The notes: generated by a model from the letters alone, not told the origin. Positions 30,216 through 41,087 are shown, numbered from the stretch's first letter. The stretch is DNA of 64,000 bases from an uncultured Desulfatitalea sp. (GCA_963668675.2 CAXXMB010000002.1:2528001-2592000); one strand, 5' to 3'. Made by a program: numbers and translations.

Positions 30216-31607
30216 ATGATATCTCCGGGAGCCCTTTTGGTCGCCCTGCTGGTGATGATCACCCTGGCCTATTACGTGGGGTTGCGTCGCTCCATGGCTG
30301 TCGCCGGAGGGCCGTCGTCGGTGAGCACGCTGCATTCGCGCCCGCCCTATTACGGCATGCTGACGGCCATGTGGTGTGGTCTTCCGGCCTTGCTCATCTA
30401 TGCGGTCTGGCAGGCCTCGGAATCCAGCGTCATCGCCCACCTCGTTATGGCTGCCATGCCACAGGAGTTGAAGGAGCTGACACCTTCCCAGTTGAGCCTG
30501 GTGCTCAACGATATCAAAAACCTGCTCAGTGGAAACATTATTTCGGGACAGATCAGCCCGGAGATTCAAACGGCCGCCGATCATTACCAGCGTCTTCAGC
30601 AGATCAGCCACACCGCCTTGGCCGTCGTGGTCCTGGTCGCCGCAATCTTGGGGCTGGTAGGATTGCGCAGCCGCATCAGTCGGCGTCTGAGAGCCCGAAA
30701 TCATGTGGAGCGAGTGATATTGTGGGCCCTGGCCGCCTGTTCGACCATCGCCATATTCACCACCATCGGTATCGTGCTCTCGGTTCTCTATGAAGCCATC
30801 CGTTTCTTCAAAGCCGTGCCGGTTACCGAGTTTCTTTTCGGATTGAAGTGGAGCCCCCAGATGGCGATCCGAAGCGACCAAGTCGGCTCTTCGGGCGCTT
30901 TCGGCGCATTGCCCGTCTTTGCCGGCACACTGCTGATCTCTGGTATCGCCATGGCGGTTGCCGTGCCCATCGGGCTGATGGCGGCTATTTACATGTCCGA
31001 ATACGCCGGAAAGCGGTTCCGGGCAGTGGCCAAACCGCTGATGGAGATCCTGGCCGGCATCCCGACAGTGGTCTACGGTTTTTTTGCAGCCTTGGTGGTG
31101 GCGCCTATGATTCGCGGCTTCGGGCAATCCGTCGGTCTGGATGTCTCCTCGGAGAGCGCCCTTGCGGCCGGATTGGTGATGGGTATCATGATCATCCCCT
31201 TTGTCTCCTCCCTCTCCGACGACATGATCAACGCCGTGCCTCAATCGCTGCGGGACGGCGCCTACGGTTTGGGGGCCACCCAATCCGAAACGATCAAGCA
31301 GGTGGTCCTGCCGGCGGCCCTACCGGGTATCGTCGGCGGTGTTTTACTGGCCGTATCGCGGGCCATCGGAGAGACCATGATCGTGGTCATGGCAGCCGGC
31401 CTGACCGCCAATTTGACCATGAACCCGTTCAAAACCGTCACCACCGTGACCGTCCAGATCGTCACGCTGCTGGTGGGGGACCAGGAGTTCGACAGCCCCA
31501 AAACGCTGGCTGCTTTTGCTTTGGGGTTGCTGCTGTTTGTCATCACCCTGGGCCTCAACATCATCGCACTGCAAGTGGTGCGGAAGTACAGGGAGCAATA
31601 CGAGTAA
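30216..31607 (+). CDS. pstC: Phosphate ABC transporter permease PstC
   Basis: EILAGIPTVVYG, SRAIGETM; operon context. Confidence 0.95.
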   Translation: MISPGALLVALLVMITLAYYVGLRRSMAVAGGPSSVSTLHSRPPYYGMLTAMWCGLPALLIYAVWQASESSVIAHLVMAAMPQELKELTPSQLSLVLNDIKNLLSGNIISGQISPEIQTAADHYQRLQQISHTALAVVVLVAAILGLVGLRSRISRRLRARNHVERVILWALAACSTIAIFTTIGIVLSVLYEAIRFFKAVPVTEFLFGLKWSPQMAIRSDQVGSSGAFGALPVFAGTLLISGIAMAVAVPIGLMAAIYMSEYAGKRFRAVAKPLMEILAGIPTVVYGFFAALVVAPMIRGFGQSVGLDVSSESALAAGLVMGIMIIPFVSSLSDDMINAVPQSLRDGAYGLGATQSETIKQVVLPAALPGIVGGVLLAVSRAIGETMIVVMAAGLTANLTMNPFKTVTTVTVQIVTLLVGDQEFDSPKTLAAFALGLLLFVITLGLNIIALQVVRKYREQYE

Positions 31608-31633
31608 GACCGGTTTGACGTTTTAACATAGAC

Positions 31634-31759
31634 TATTAAACCGGCAAATAAACAGGCCAACCTTTGTCATCCCGGACTTGATCCGGGATCGAGTAAGCTC
31701 CTGGATTCCGGCTTTCGCCGGAATGACATTTACTGGGGTTTTTAGTTGCCGGGTTAATA
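31634..31759. mobile_element. MITE-like palindromic element between pstC and pstA
   Basis: 19-bp imperfect terminal inverted repeats (tattaaaccggcaaataaa / tttagttgccgggttaata) enclosing tgtcatcccggacttgatccgggat and attccggctttcgccggaatgaca hairpins. Confidence 0.7.
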
Positions 31760-31779
31760 ATAAACAGGTGAGAAGAGAA

Positions 31780-33039
31780 GTGGAAGAGAGACAACCCAAA
31801 TCCATCGATATCGTAAAGAGGGGATTGAAGCGGCGTTACCGCTCCGAACGGCGGTTCAGGCGTATGGGGTTGGGTGCGATCATTGTGAGCCTTATCTTCC
31901 TGTCAATTTTGTTTGCTACGATTCTGGGAAATGGGCACAGCGTCATTTTCCAAACCCGCGTCGAACTTGATATCTTTTTTGATCCCGAGCTGTTCAGCGA
32001 AGGGGATGTGGGCCGCTCGGATTATCCGAAGCTGGTGAAATCGGCACTTCGCAAAATATTCCCCCAGGTGACCGGACGGAGTGACAAGCGCGGCTTATAC
32101 GCCTTGGTCAGTTCCGGCGCGGCTTTTCAACTGCGCAGCATGGTATTGGAAGACCGCTCCACCATTGGCCGGACGATCTCTGTCTGGGTGCCGGCCGATG
32201 ACGATGTGGATATGCTGATCAAGGGGCATCTGCTGCGCGACAGCGGCAGGCTGTCCGAAAAGCAGCTCGCCTGGATCGACCATTTAAAGGAAGATGGCCG
32301 GCTGCGTAAAAAATTCAACACCGCCTTTTTTACAGCCGGCGATAGTCGCGAACCCGAGTTGGCCGGCATTTGGGGGGCGGTTTGCGGGAGCTTCTTTACC
32401 TTGTTGATTACGCTGCTGCTCTCGTTTCCCATCGGTGTCGCTTCGGCTGTCTACCTGGAGGAGTTTGCACCCAAAAACCGTTGGACCGATCTGATCGAGG
32501 TCAACATCAACAATTTGGCGGCCGTGCCATCCATTGTCTTCGGATTGCTTGGCCTGGCGGTGTTCCTCAACGCTTTTGGCCTGCCCCGCTCGGCCCCCAT
32601 CGTTGGGGGATTGGTACTCTCCCTCATGACCCTGCCGACGATTATCATCGCGAGCCGTGCCGCCTTGCAGTCCGTACCGCCCTCCATCCGCGAGGCGGCC
32701 CTGGGTGTGGGGGCAAGTAAAATGCAGATGATTCTGCACCATGTGCTGCCGCTTGCGCTGCCCGGAATGCTAACCGGCACCATCATCGGCATGGCCCGGG
32801 CATTAGGGGAGACGGCACCGCTGTTGATGATCGGTATGGTGGCATTTATCGTGGATATCCCCAACGGCATCTCCGACCCTTCGGCTGTGTTGCCGGTTCA
32901 GATCTATCTTTGGGCCGACAGCCCCGAACGGGCCTTTGTTGAAAGAACTTCGGCCGCCACAATGGCGCTGCTGATCTTTTTGATCGCCATGAACGGGCTG
33001 GCCGTCGTTTTGCGAAAGAAGTTCGAACGCCGCTGGTAG
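31780..33039 (+). CDS. pstA: Phosphate ABC transporter permease PstA
   Basis: NLAAVPSIVFG, ARALGETAPL; start reassigned to GTG 31780 because the ORF-track start lies inside the repeat. Confidence 0.93.
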   Translation: MEERQPKSIDIVKRGLKRRYRSERRFRRMGLGAIIVSLIFLSILFATILGNGHSVIFQTRVELDIFFDPELFSEGDVGRSDYPKLVKSALRKIFPQVTGRSDKRGLYALVSSGAAFQLRSMVLEDRSTIGRTISVWVPADDDVDMLIKGHLLRDSGRLSEKQLAWIDHLKEDGRLRKKFNTAFFTAGDSREPELAGIWGAVCGSFFTLLITLLLSFPIGVASAVYLEEFAPKNRWTDLIEVNINNLAAVPSIVFGLLGLAVFLNAFGLPRSAPIVGGLVLSLMTLPTIIIASRAALQSVPPSIREAALGVGASKMQMILHHVLPLALPGMLTGTIIGMARALGETAPLLMIGMVAFIVDIPNGISDPSAVLPVQIYLWADSPERAFVERTSAATMALLIFLIAMNGLAVVLRKKFERRW

Positions 33040-33126
33040 CCTGCATGGTGACAGTGCGGGAAGTAATCGGGCGGTATTTCAGTTGTGAAGACGAATTTGA
33101 ACAATAAACATCCTAAGGAGGAAAAC

Positions 33127-34191
33127 ATGTTGAGAAAGACCCTTACCCTATCGATTGTGACTGCATTTATTGTGGCGGGCAGCGTGGGTATGGCTGCAGC
33201 CGCAGCCCGTGACTATGTGAGCATCGTCGGTTCGTCCACGGTTTACCCGTTTGCCACAGTGGTGGCGGAGCAGTTTGGAAAGACCACCTCTTTTAAAACG
33301 CCCAAAATAGAGTCCACCGGTTCAGGTGGCGGGTTGAAGCTTTTTTGTGCCGGTGTCGGGGTCGAACACCCGGATATCACCAATGCCAGCCGCCGTATCA
33401 AGAAATCGGAGTTTCAGATGTGTTCAGACAACGGCGTCAACGGTATCATTGAAGTAAAGATCGGATATGACGGCATCGTCGTGGCGAATTCCAAGAAGAC
33501 CGCTCAGCAGAAGTTGACCCGCAAAGAGCTCTATCTGGCCTTGGCAAAGCAGGTCCCGGACCCCAAGGGCGGTGAGAAGCTGGTCGCCAATCCTTATAAA
33601 ACCTGGAAGGACGTCAACGCTTCTCTGCCGGCTGTTAAAATTGAAGTGCTCGGTCCGCCGCCGACCTCGGGTACCCGGGATGCTTTTGTCGAACTGGTGA
33701 TGGAGAGCGGGGCCAAATCCTTTGGTTGGTTGAATGCGTTGAAAGAGACAGACAAAAAGCAGTTTAAGGCCGTTGCCCACACCGTCCGCGAAGATGGCGC
33801 CTACATCGAAGCCGGCGAAAACGACAACTTAATTGTTCAAAAGCTGGAAGCCAATCCCGACGCCATGGGGATCTTCGGTTTCAGCTTTCTCGACCAGAAC
33901 AGCGACAAGATCCAGGGCGCCCAAGTCGATGGTGTGAGCCCAACCTTTGAAGCCATTGCTGACGGCAGCTACCCGGTTTCCCGGCCGCTCTTCTTTTACG
34001 TAAAGAAGGCCCATGTCGGCCAAATCCCCGGCATTAAGGAGTACCTTGGTGAGTTCACCTCCGACAAAGCATGGGGAGAAGAGGGGTATCTGGCCGACAA
34101 AGGCCTGATTCCCATGCCCGATGCAGAGCGCAAGCAGTTCAGCTCGGATGTCAAAAACCTGAAGCCGCTTATGGCCGATCAACTTAAATAG
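33127..34191 (+). CDS. pstS: Phosphate ABC transporter substrate-binding protein
   Basis: Signal peptide; GSSTVYP, STGSGGG, SGTRDAF, YPVSRPLFFY. Confidence 0.93.
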   Translation: MLRKTLTLSIVTAFIVAGSVGMAAAAARDYVSIVGSSTVYPFATVVAEQFGKTTSFKTPKIESTGSGGGLKLFCAGVGVEHPDITNASRRIKKSEFQMCSDNGVNGIIEVKIGYDGIVVANSKKTAQQKLTRKELYLALAKQVPDPKGGEKLVANPYKTWKDVNASLPAVKIEVLGPPPTSGTRDAFVELVMESGAKSFGWLNALKETDKKQFKAVAHTVREDGAYIEAGENDNLIVQKLEANPDAMGIFGFSFLDQNSDKIQGAQVDGVSPTFEAIADGSYPVSRPLFFYVKKAHVGQIPGIKEYLGEFTSDKAWGEEGYLADKGLIPMPDAERKQFSSDVKNLKPLMADQLK

Positions 34192-34277
34192 GTGTCCTGA
34201 TCACATCATAGGACCTGATCGGAGCGCCGCAGGTTTGCCTTGCGGTGCTCCGCGTGCTAATGGGGAGAAATGGTCCC

Positions 34278-35198
34278 ATGGCAGTCGCGTTTCAGAGCAA
34301 TCAGATGTTAAAAAGGGAGTTTGGTGTGGGTAGCGACAAGCAGTCAGATGACAAGCCGGTGAAGGGTGCAACCAAAGGCATTGAGGACCCGCCCTACACG
34401 AAAAAGGGGGATGGGAAAACAGTCGGTCAACCGTTTGTCGATGATCCCCGCATGACATGCCGCAATGTCAATGTCTACTATGGAGAGAAGCACGCCATCT
34501 TGAATGTGTCTCTCGACATCGCCCGCAACCAGGTCATCGCCATGATCGGTCCTTCGGGTTGTGGCAAGTCGACGTTCATTCGATGCCTGAACCGGATGAA
34601 CGATACCATCGACGGGTGCCGAATAACGGGAAATATCCTGCTGGACGGCGTCGATATCTATGGCCGCCAGATCGATGTGGTGCCTTTGCGGGCGCAGGTC
34701 GGTATAGTCTTCCAGAAGCCCAACCCTTTTCCCAAATCGATATACGACAATGTAGCGTATGGCCCCAAAATTCATGGCCTTGCGGGCAACAGGGCCGAAC
34801 TGGACGAGGTCGTCGAGACCTCTTTGCAAAAGGCCGGGTTGTGGGAAGAGGTCAAGGATCGACTTACCCAGCCGGGTACCAGCCTCTCCGGCGGGCAGCA
34901 GCAGCGCTTGTGTATCGCGCGCACCATTGCCGTCAGCCCGGAGGTGATACTGATGGACGAGCCCTGCAGTGCGCTCGATCCCATTGCCACGGGGAAGATT
35001 GAAGAGCTGATCGATGAGCTGCGGCAGCAGTACTCCATTGTGATCGTCACGCACTCCATGCAGCAGGCGGCACGCGTGTCCCAGCGCACCGCCTATTTCC
35101 ACTTGGGAGACTTGATCGAGGTAGGGAATACCGAACAGGTGTTTACTACCCCCACACATAAGCTGACTCAGGACTACATTACCGGGCGATTTGGATAG
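34278..35198 (+). CDS. pstB: Phosphate ABC transporter ATPase
   Basis: [33 protein letters not shown]; start uncertain. Confidence 0.95.
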   Translation: MAVAFQSNQMLKREFGVGSDKQSDDKPVKGATKGIEDPPYTKKGDGKTVGQPFVDDPRMTCRNVNVYYGEKHAILNVSLDIARNQVIAMIGPSGCGKSTFIRCLNRMNDTIDGCRITGNILLDGVDIYGRQIDVVPLRAQVGIVFQKPNPFPKSIYDNVAYGPKIHGLAGNRAELDEVVETSLQKAGLWEEVKDRLTQPGTSLSGGQQQRLCIARTIAVSPEVILMDEPCSALDPIATGKIEELIDELRQQYSIVIVTHSMQQAARVSQRTAYFHLGDLIEVGNTEQVFTTPTHKLTQDYITGRFG

Positions 35199-35320
35199 CG
35201 CCGGTCTCAAATATGGCTTTCCGCCACAATATCATTTGCGGTTAAAATGGGAAGTCGCTGCGAGCGTGACCCCGATCATCTTTCTCGAAGATAGGGTCCG
35301 GTCGATTCCGGGAGGATTTC

Positions 35321-35983
35321 ATGTCCAAGCATTTACGCAGAGAACTGGATAAGATTAAGAAGAAGATGCTCTCTTTGGGCGCCTTGGTCGAAGAGCGGGC
35401 CCGCATGGCCGTTGAGGCGGTCGAGTCCCGTGATGGAGACATTGCGCAGAAGATCATCAATTCGGATTGGGAAATCGATGAGATGGAGGTCGAGATCGAG
35501 GAGGAGTGCCTGAAGATTCTGGCACTTTACCAACCGGTGGCGGTGGATCTGCGCCTTCTCATCGCCACCATCAAGATTAACAACGACCTGGAACGTATCG
35601 GCGACGAAGCGGTCAACATTGCCGAGCGGCTGCAGGTGGTGGCCAAACGACCGCCGTTTGTGTTTGTCTTCGACTACACACCCATGGCCGAAAAGGTGCT
35701 CGCCATGCTCAAAATGAGCCTGGACGCCCTGGTCAACCTCGATGTTGACCTGGCGTTCAAGGTGATTTTCATGGATGACGAGGTCGACGAGATTCAGGTT
35801 CAAGCCTACCAACGCATCAAGCAGGCCATTAAGGAGCATCCCGACCGTGTAAGCTATCTCATCAATCTACTCCTCATTTCACGCCATCTGGAGCGTCTGG
35901 CCGATCACAGCACCAACGTCGCCGAAGAGGTGATCCATCTCATCGAAGGCGAAATCGTACGCCACGGCAAACGACCCGAATAG
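35321..35983 (+). CDS. phoU: Phosphate signalling complex protein PhoU
   Basis: QPVAVDLR, DLERIGD, LERLADH. Confidence 0.95.
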   Translation: MSKHLRRELDKIKKKMLSLGALVEERARMAVEAVESRDGDIAQKIINSDWEIDEMEVEIEEECLKILALYQPVAVDLRLLIATIKINNDLERIGDEAVNIAERLQVVAKRPPFVFVFDYTPMAEKVLAMLKMSLDALVNLDVDLAFKVIFMDDEVDEIQVQAYQRIKQAIKEHPDRVSYLINLLLISRHLERLADHSTNVAEEVIHLIEGEIVRHGKRPE

Positions 35984-35995
35984 TCTCTTCCAAAC

Positions 35996-36622
35996 CTATG
36001 GTGTGACTTGATAAGTGCACAGCTTGCAGGTCACGCCCTCTTTCTTCAGATAGTCGGTATCCACCATGGAGAGCAGTTCCCACGACCGTTTCTGTTCGAG
36101 TTCGATCATGCGCTGGCGGTAACCATACTCTTCATAGGCGCCTTCCCGAATGGTAAAGCAGATCATCCCGCCGGGCCGTGTAATGCGGACCAACTCATCG
36201 AGCGCATCGGCCTCGACATGGCCGAACGTAAAGGTGCCGGTGCACACCACCGCATCGTACCGGTCGTCCTCCATCTTCAACGGTTGGCTCATGTCCGCCT
36301 GAATCAATCCCTGGTAGATCTCTTTTTTGCCGGCTTCATCGAGCATCTCCCTGGAGTAGTCCAATGCATCCATGCGGACATAGCCCATCTTCTGCAGCTC
36401 TTCTCCGACCAGTCCGGTACCGGCGCCGGCGTCGAGTATTCTGGCGTTTTTGCTGTCCAGCACCCGATCCAGCGCCTTGGCACTCTCGATATGAGCCACG
36501 TATCCGAAAGCGTCAACCGTGTCGGCTTCATAATCCGAAGCCCAATCCTTATAAGCGTCCATGAGCTCTTCATGGTTTTTTGCGGTATAGACCTTATTCA
36601 GCGTCTTATTCTCGCTTCGCAT
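35996..36622 (-). CDS. Class I SAM-dependent methyltransferase
   Basis: ILDAGAGTG motif I; DYSREML; RITRPGG. Confidence 0.88.
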   Translation of the reverse strand: MRSENKTLNKVYTAKNHEELMDAYKDWASDYEADTVDAFGYVAHIESAKALDRVLDSKNARILDAGAGTGLVGEELQKMGYVRMDALDYSREMLDEAGKKEIYQGLIQADMSQPLKMEDDRYDAVVCTGTFTFGHVEADALDELVRITRPGGMICFTIREGAYEEYGYRQRMIELEQKRSWELLSMVDTDYLKKEGVTCKLCTYQVTP

Positions 36623-36638
36623 TGCATCTCCTTTGGTT

Positions 36639-37268
36639 CTAATTGTCGTTCACCTGATAGACACAGAATCTGGCCGTAACCTCCTCCTTGACCAGGTAGT
36701 CTTCCTGGCGCATCTCCTGAAGCCGCCACGTGTTATCGGCTTCGAGTTGAAGCATTTTGCTGCGATAGTCATACGCTTCATAAGCGCCGTCTCTAATGGT
36801 AAAACAGATGACGCCGCCGGGCCGGGTCACGCGCACAAGCTCGTCGAAAGCGTCAGGGCCGACGTGGGCATAGGTGAAGGTGCCGACACAGATCGTGGCG
36901 TCATAGAGATCGGACGGCAAGTCGAGCCGCCGGTTCATGTCCGCATGAAACACGTTGTTGTAGACCGCTTTGCGTTCCGCTTGCTGGAGCATGTCCGGGG
37001 AGTAGTCCATGGCCTCGACGTTCTCATATCCCATTGCGTTGAGGACTTCACCGACCAATCCGGTGCCGCAGCCCGCATCGAGAACCCGTGCGTTTTTGGA
37101 GTCGAGATGGTCATCCAAAATTCTGGCCGCCACTTTCGGTCCCACATATCCCATGACCTGGCACGTGTCGCGATCGTAGTCGCAAGCCCAATGACTGTAA
37201 GCTTCGTTGAGTTCATCCTGTGTTTCGGCCTCGTACGTGTTTTTCCATAGTTCTGGTGTCGTTTTCAT
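36639..37268 (-). CDS. Class I SAM-dependent methyltransferase (paralog of neighbour)
   Basis: VLDAGCGTG; DYSPDML; RVTRPGG. Confidence 0.88.
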   Translation of the reverse strand: MKTTPELWKNTYEAETQDELNEAYSHWACDYDRDTCQVMGYVGPKVAARILDDHLDSKNARVLDAGCGTGLVGEVLNAMGYENVEAMDYSPDMLQQAERKAVYNNVFHADMNRRLDLPSDLYDATICVGTFTYAHVGPDAFDELVRVTRPGGVICFTIRDGAYEAYDYRSKMLQLEADNTWRLQEMRQEDYLVKEEVTARFCVYQVNDN

Positions 37269-37880
37269 GATGGATCTATCTCCTTGGGCCCGATGTGTGC
37301 AATGGGGGGCCTCCCACCGATGGGTTTCCCGGCCGGCCGCATGGAAACTAAGCCGATGGTGGCTTCGACTGGGTGCGGCCGGTAGCTCTCCTCCAGGGGG
37401 TGACTGCCAGGGTCTTGATCATCATAAGGCTGAATGACCTGCGGCGATAACGTGCGATGGGTATCAAGATGTTCTGTTCAAGTGGCGAACCCGGCTTTGG
37501 GAGAGCACGAAATTTAATAGTACACGATGCAAAAAAGCCGGACACGACAAGCTGGCACATAGTGATTAACGTGTTAGAAGACAGTTAAAAATATTAATAT
37601 TAGGAAAATCCGCCCTTGTTTGAGGCCGATAAATATATCGAATACGATGTATTGTCAAGCCCCCCATCTCCGAAGGTGGGAGAGGGTGCTCACGCCTTAT
37701 CAAGCCAGGCGGCCAGGGATGACCCGATCATGGCGATACACTCCCTACCTTTAATAAACTCGGTGTCAATGACCGCACCCAAGCTTCTGTTTGGGCTGCA
37801 TCCCACGGCCTCCTTTAGCGATATCCCTGCCGCTGCCCATGCTATACGGCGATCGCAACGGTATTTCATACTTAATTGGT

Positions 37881-37900
37881 ATATCTTGACATCAAGATAT
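37881..37900. promoter_or_regulatory. Perfect palindromic operator, probably for the MarR regulator
   Basis: ATATCTTGA-CA-TCAAGATAT, 19 nt upstream of the MarR ATG and overlapping a TTGACA. Confidence 0.75.
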
Positions 37901-37919
37901 GCTGTCATACCCTTTCAGC

Positions 37920-38348
37920 ATGCAAACAGCACCCCACATACGACTTGTTTTATGGAAGACCGCCAAGGCTGTTGACAAGATCGACCGCGCCAGCATCGCC
38001 GAAACCGGTTTGCATATCAGTGATTTTACCATTCTGGAGGTGTTGCTGCACAAAGGGCCGTTGCCGATCAGCGTTATTGGCGAAAAGGTCCTGCTCACCA
38101 GCGGTTCGATGACGGCAGCCGTCAATCGATTGGAGCGCAGGGGCTTGGTACGGCGTTCCCAGGATCCTTCGGACGGCCGCTTCTTCCATGTTCATCTGAC
38201 CGCTGCAGGGCGAAAGGAGATCAAACGGGCCTACGCCGCCCATGAGCAGAACTTGGAGGCTGTCGCCGGCGCTTTGACCGACCGGGAACGCGATGAACTT
38301 GTCCGCCTGCTGAAAAAGCTTGGCTGTCATGCCGAAGCGATGGTTTGA
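37920..38348 (+). CDS. MarR family regulator (MhqR-like)
   Basis: LEVLLHKGP, LLTSGSMTAAVNRLE, DGR...LT..G. Confidence 0.9.
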   Translation: MQTAPHIRLVLWKTAKAVDKIDRASIAETGLHISDFTILEVLLHKGPLPISVIGEKVLLTSGSMTAAVNRLERRGLVRRSQDPSDGRFFHVHLTAAGRKEIKRAYAAHEQNLEAVAGALTDRERDELVRLLKKLGCHAEAMV

Positions 38349-38382
38349 CTTGCTATACTAATTCAAAATGATGAGGTTCATT

Positions 38383-39366
38383 ATGAATGCAATCCCTGAC
38401 ATATCAGGCATCCACCATATCACTGCCGTATCTTCGAATGCAGCCCAAAATCTATTCTTCTATACCGAAGTGCTTGGCCTGCGTCTGGTCAAGCGGACAG
38501 TCAATTTTGACGATCCTTACACCTACCATCTCTACTACGGTGATAAAAAGGGGCATCCGGGTACAATATTGACCTTTTTCCCACGGGAGGATCTCCCCAG
38601 GGGCAGGCCCGGCGCGGGTGCGTTAACAGCGATAGCTTTTGCCGTCCCAGCCGAAGCCATCTATTTTTGGAGCGAACGGCTCGTCAGCAGTGGCGTGACG
38701 GTGAAGATGGAGGAGCGCTTCGGCGACCGGGTGATTCGATTCTCCGACCCGGACGGGTTGCCGCTGGAGTTGGTTGGAGAGGAGCGTCCGCCGATTATTT
38801 CAAACTGGGAGCGCGGCCCCATTCCGGATGCGAGTGCCATTCGGGGGGTTCACTCGGCCACCGCCACGGTGAATCTCTTCGATCCCGAAGCGACGCTGGT
38901 TGCGGACGTTATGGGGATGCGGTTGGTCGATCGTGATGGAGGCCGATATCGGTACAAGATGGATGATTGGGAGTCACCGGGCCGCTGGTTCGATTTGAAG
39001 ATCGATCCCAATGCCCGCCCGGCGTCCATGGGCAGCGGGACCGTGCACCACATCGCTTTTCGCACAGAGGACGATCTGACCCAAAGCCGCTGGCAGGAGA
39101 TCCTGAGGGGTTTGGGATACAACGCCACCGACGTGCGGGACAGAAACTACTTCCGCTCGATTTACTTCAGAACGCCGGCAAACATCTTATTCGAGATGGC
39201 CACCGATCCACCCGGCTTTGGGGTTGATGAATCCGTCGAGCGGCTCGGCACATCACTTCAGCTGCCGAAACCGTATGAGGGCATGCGTGAAGAGATCGTT
39301 CGGCAGTTACCTCCGCTGTGTGGCGACGAACTGCCTTGCAATATTGAAAATGCGATGGCGGCATAA
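38383..39366 (+). CDS. Ring-cleaving dioxygenase/glyoxalase (MhqO-like)
   Basis: GIHHITA, TVNFDDP.TYHLYYG, GTVHHIAF, DRNYFRSIYF, EMATDPPGF. Confidence 0.9.
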   Translation: MNAIPDISGIHHITAVSSNAAQNLFFYTEVLGLRLVKRTVNFDDPYTYHLYYGDKKGHPGTILTFFPREDLPRGRPGAGALTAIAFAVPAEAIYFWSERLVSSGVTVKMEERFGDRVIRFSDPDGLPLELVGEERPPIISNWERGPIPDASAIRGVHSATATVNLFDPEATLVADVMGMRLVDRDGGRYRYKMDDWESPGRWFDLKIDPNARPASMGSGTVHHIAFRTEDDLTQSRWQEILRGLGYNATDVRDRNYFRSIYFRTPANILFEMATDPPGFGVDESVERLGTSLQLPKPYEGMREEIVRQLPPLCGDELPCNIENAMAA

Positions 39367-39421
39367 TCGTAAAGACCGGGCCTGAACCCAAACCAACTTC
39401 ACAGAAAGGATAAAAACCACC

Positions 39422-40033
39422 ATGAAAATCTTGATCGTTTACTACTCGACATATGGTCATGTTCATCAAATGGCGGAAGCAATGGCCGAAGGGGCCCGCC
39501 AGGTGCAGGACGCCGAGGTGGAGCTTCGTCGCGTGCCGGAAACCCTGCCCGATGAGATCCTGGAGAAGATGGGGGCGCTGGAGGCCCAGAAAGCGTTTGC
39601 CCATATTCCGGTCTGCACTGTAGAGGAGTTGGCTTCGGCCGACGCCATCATCTTCGGGACGCCCACCCGATTCGGCAACATGTGTGGCCAGATGCGCCAG
39701 TTTCTGGATGCCACCGGCCAGCTCTGGTCGGAGGGGGCACTGGTGGGCAAGGTTGGAAGCGTATTCGCCAGCACGGCCACCCAGCACGGCGGGCAGGAAT
39801 CCACCCTGCTCTCATTCCACGTGAGCCTGCTGCACCAAGGGATGGTCATCGTGGGGTTGCCCTATGCCTTCCAGGGACAAATGCGCAACGACGAAATCAC
39901 GGGTGGATCACCATACGGCGCCACCACCATCGCCGGCACATCAGGCGAACGGATGCCGAGCCGAAATGAGCTGGACGCCGCCCGTTTTCAAGGAAAGCAT
40001 GTGGCGACCATCGCCGGTAAGCTGAGGGGATAA
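39422..40033 (+). CDS. wrbA: NAD(P)H:quinone oxidoreductase
   Basis: [29 protein letters not shown]. Confidence 0.95.
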   Translation: MKILIVYYSTYGHVHQMAEAMAEGARQVQDAEVELRRVPETLPDEILEKMGALEAQKAFAHIPVCTVEELASADAIIFGTPTRFGNMCGQMRQFLDATGQLWSEGALVGKVGSVFASTATQHGGQESTLLSFHVSLLHQGMVIVGLPYAFQGQMRNDEITGGSPYGATTIAGTSGERMPSRNELDAARFQGKHVATIAGKLRG

Positions 40034-40112
40034 ACAGTCGCGGGATATACGGAGACAATGACGATGGGGGCTCGGCAAAACGTCAGCCCCCAACCTGCCT
40101 GGATCTTGTGCT

Positions 40113-41087
40113 TCAAAGCCATTTGATTTTTTTAAACCACAGCACCAGAATAATTGCAATTGCCACGATAAGACCCGTAACGATAAAAAACGCCCATTGG
40201 CTGCCTGTTCCCGGAATCCCCCCGACATTGATTCCGAGAAGACCGGTGAGCAGTCCCAGCGGCAGAAAAATGGCCGCTACAATGGAAAGTGTGTAAACGG
40301 CGCGGTTCATCTGTTCGGAGAGACGGCTGTTGAGCTCTTCCTGGGTGATAAGCGCCCGCTCTCTGGCCGCATCGATATCTTCCACAAAGCGTGCCGTTCT
40401 TTCAGCGACTTCCCGCAACTGGGTTCTGTCCGAATCCTGCAGCCAGCCAATCCGTTCATGCGCCAGACGACCCAAAAGATCGCGCTGCGGCGCCACATAG
40501 CGCCTCAAGCTGATGCTTTCACGCCTCAACTCAGCCAGTCTTGGCCGGAGCTCTTCCGTTTCGGCGCTCACGATGGCGTCTTCCACTTCGGCCACCCGGT
40601 CTTCAATATCGGCGACGACGCCGCCGATGCGGTCGGACAGGCGGTCCGCGACGGAGACAAAGAACTCTCCGGGGGTTGCCGGCCCCAATCCCGCCCGCGC
40701 GTCATCATGGACATCCTGAATGGCCATGACACGGTTGCGGCGCATGGTGATGATGCGTTCATTGCTGATAAACATGCGTACGGCCACCATGTCTTCAGGA
40801 TCCGCACCAGGATTGCAGTTGACCCCTCTCAAGATCACAATCGCCCCTCTGTCGGTTGTTGCAATGCGGGGGCGCGTGCCCGATTCCAGCAGGGCCTCCT
40901 TTTCCAGTTGATTTAAACCGCTCTTTTTTTCCAGCCAGTCCAACGCGGTTTCATTGACGGCATCCAGATGAATCCACAGCAAACCCTGTCCCGGTCGCCA
41001 ATCGTCCACATCGGACCAGGTGAGTATCTGTTGCTGTGTCTGATGACCAAGCAGGTGGGCGTATACCAATCCGTCAGCCTTATCCAT
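40113..41087 (-). CDS. zntB: ZntB-like CorA family transporter
   Basis: LRGVN.NPG..PEDMV; C-terminal two TMs with GIN signature. Confidence 0.88.
   Translation of the reverse strand: MDKADGLVYAHLLGHQTQQQILTWSDVDDWRPGQGLLWIHLDAVNETALDWLEKKSGLNQLEKEALLESGTRPRIATTDRGAIVILRGVNCNPGADPEDMVAVRMFISNERIITMRRNRVMAIQDVHDDARAGLGPATPGEFFVSVADRLSDRIGGVVADIEDRVAEVEDAIVSAETEELRPRLAELRRESISLRRYVAPQRDLLGRLAHERIGWLQDSDRTQLREVAERTARFVEDIDAARERALITQEELNSRLSEQMNRAVYTLSIVAAIFLPLGLLTGLLGINVGGIPGTGSQWAFFIVTGLIVAIAIILVLWFKKIKWL

Noticed and set aside
37269..37560. SAM riboswitch upstream of the methyltransferases
   Set aside because: SAM-I/II core motifs not recognisable by eye; an Rfam scan would settle it
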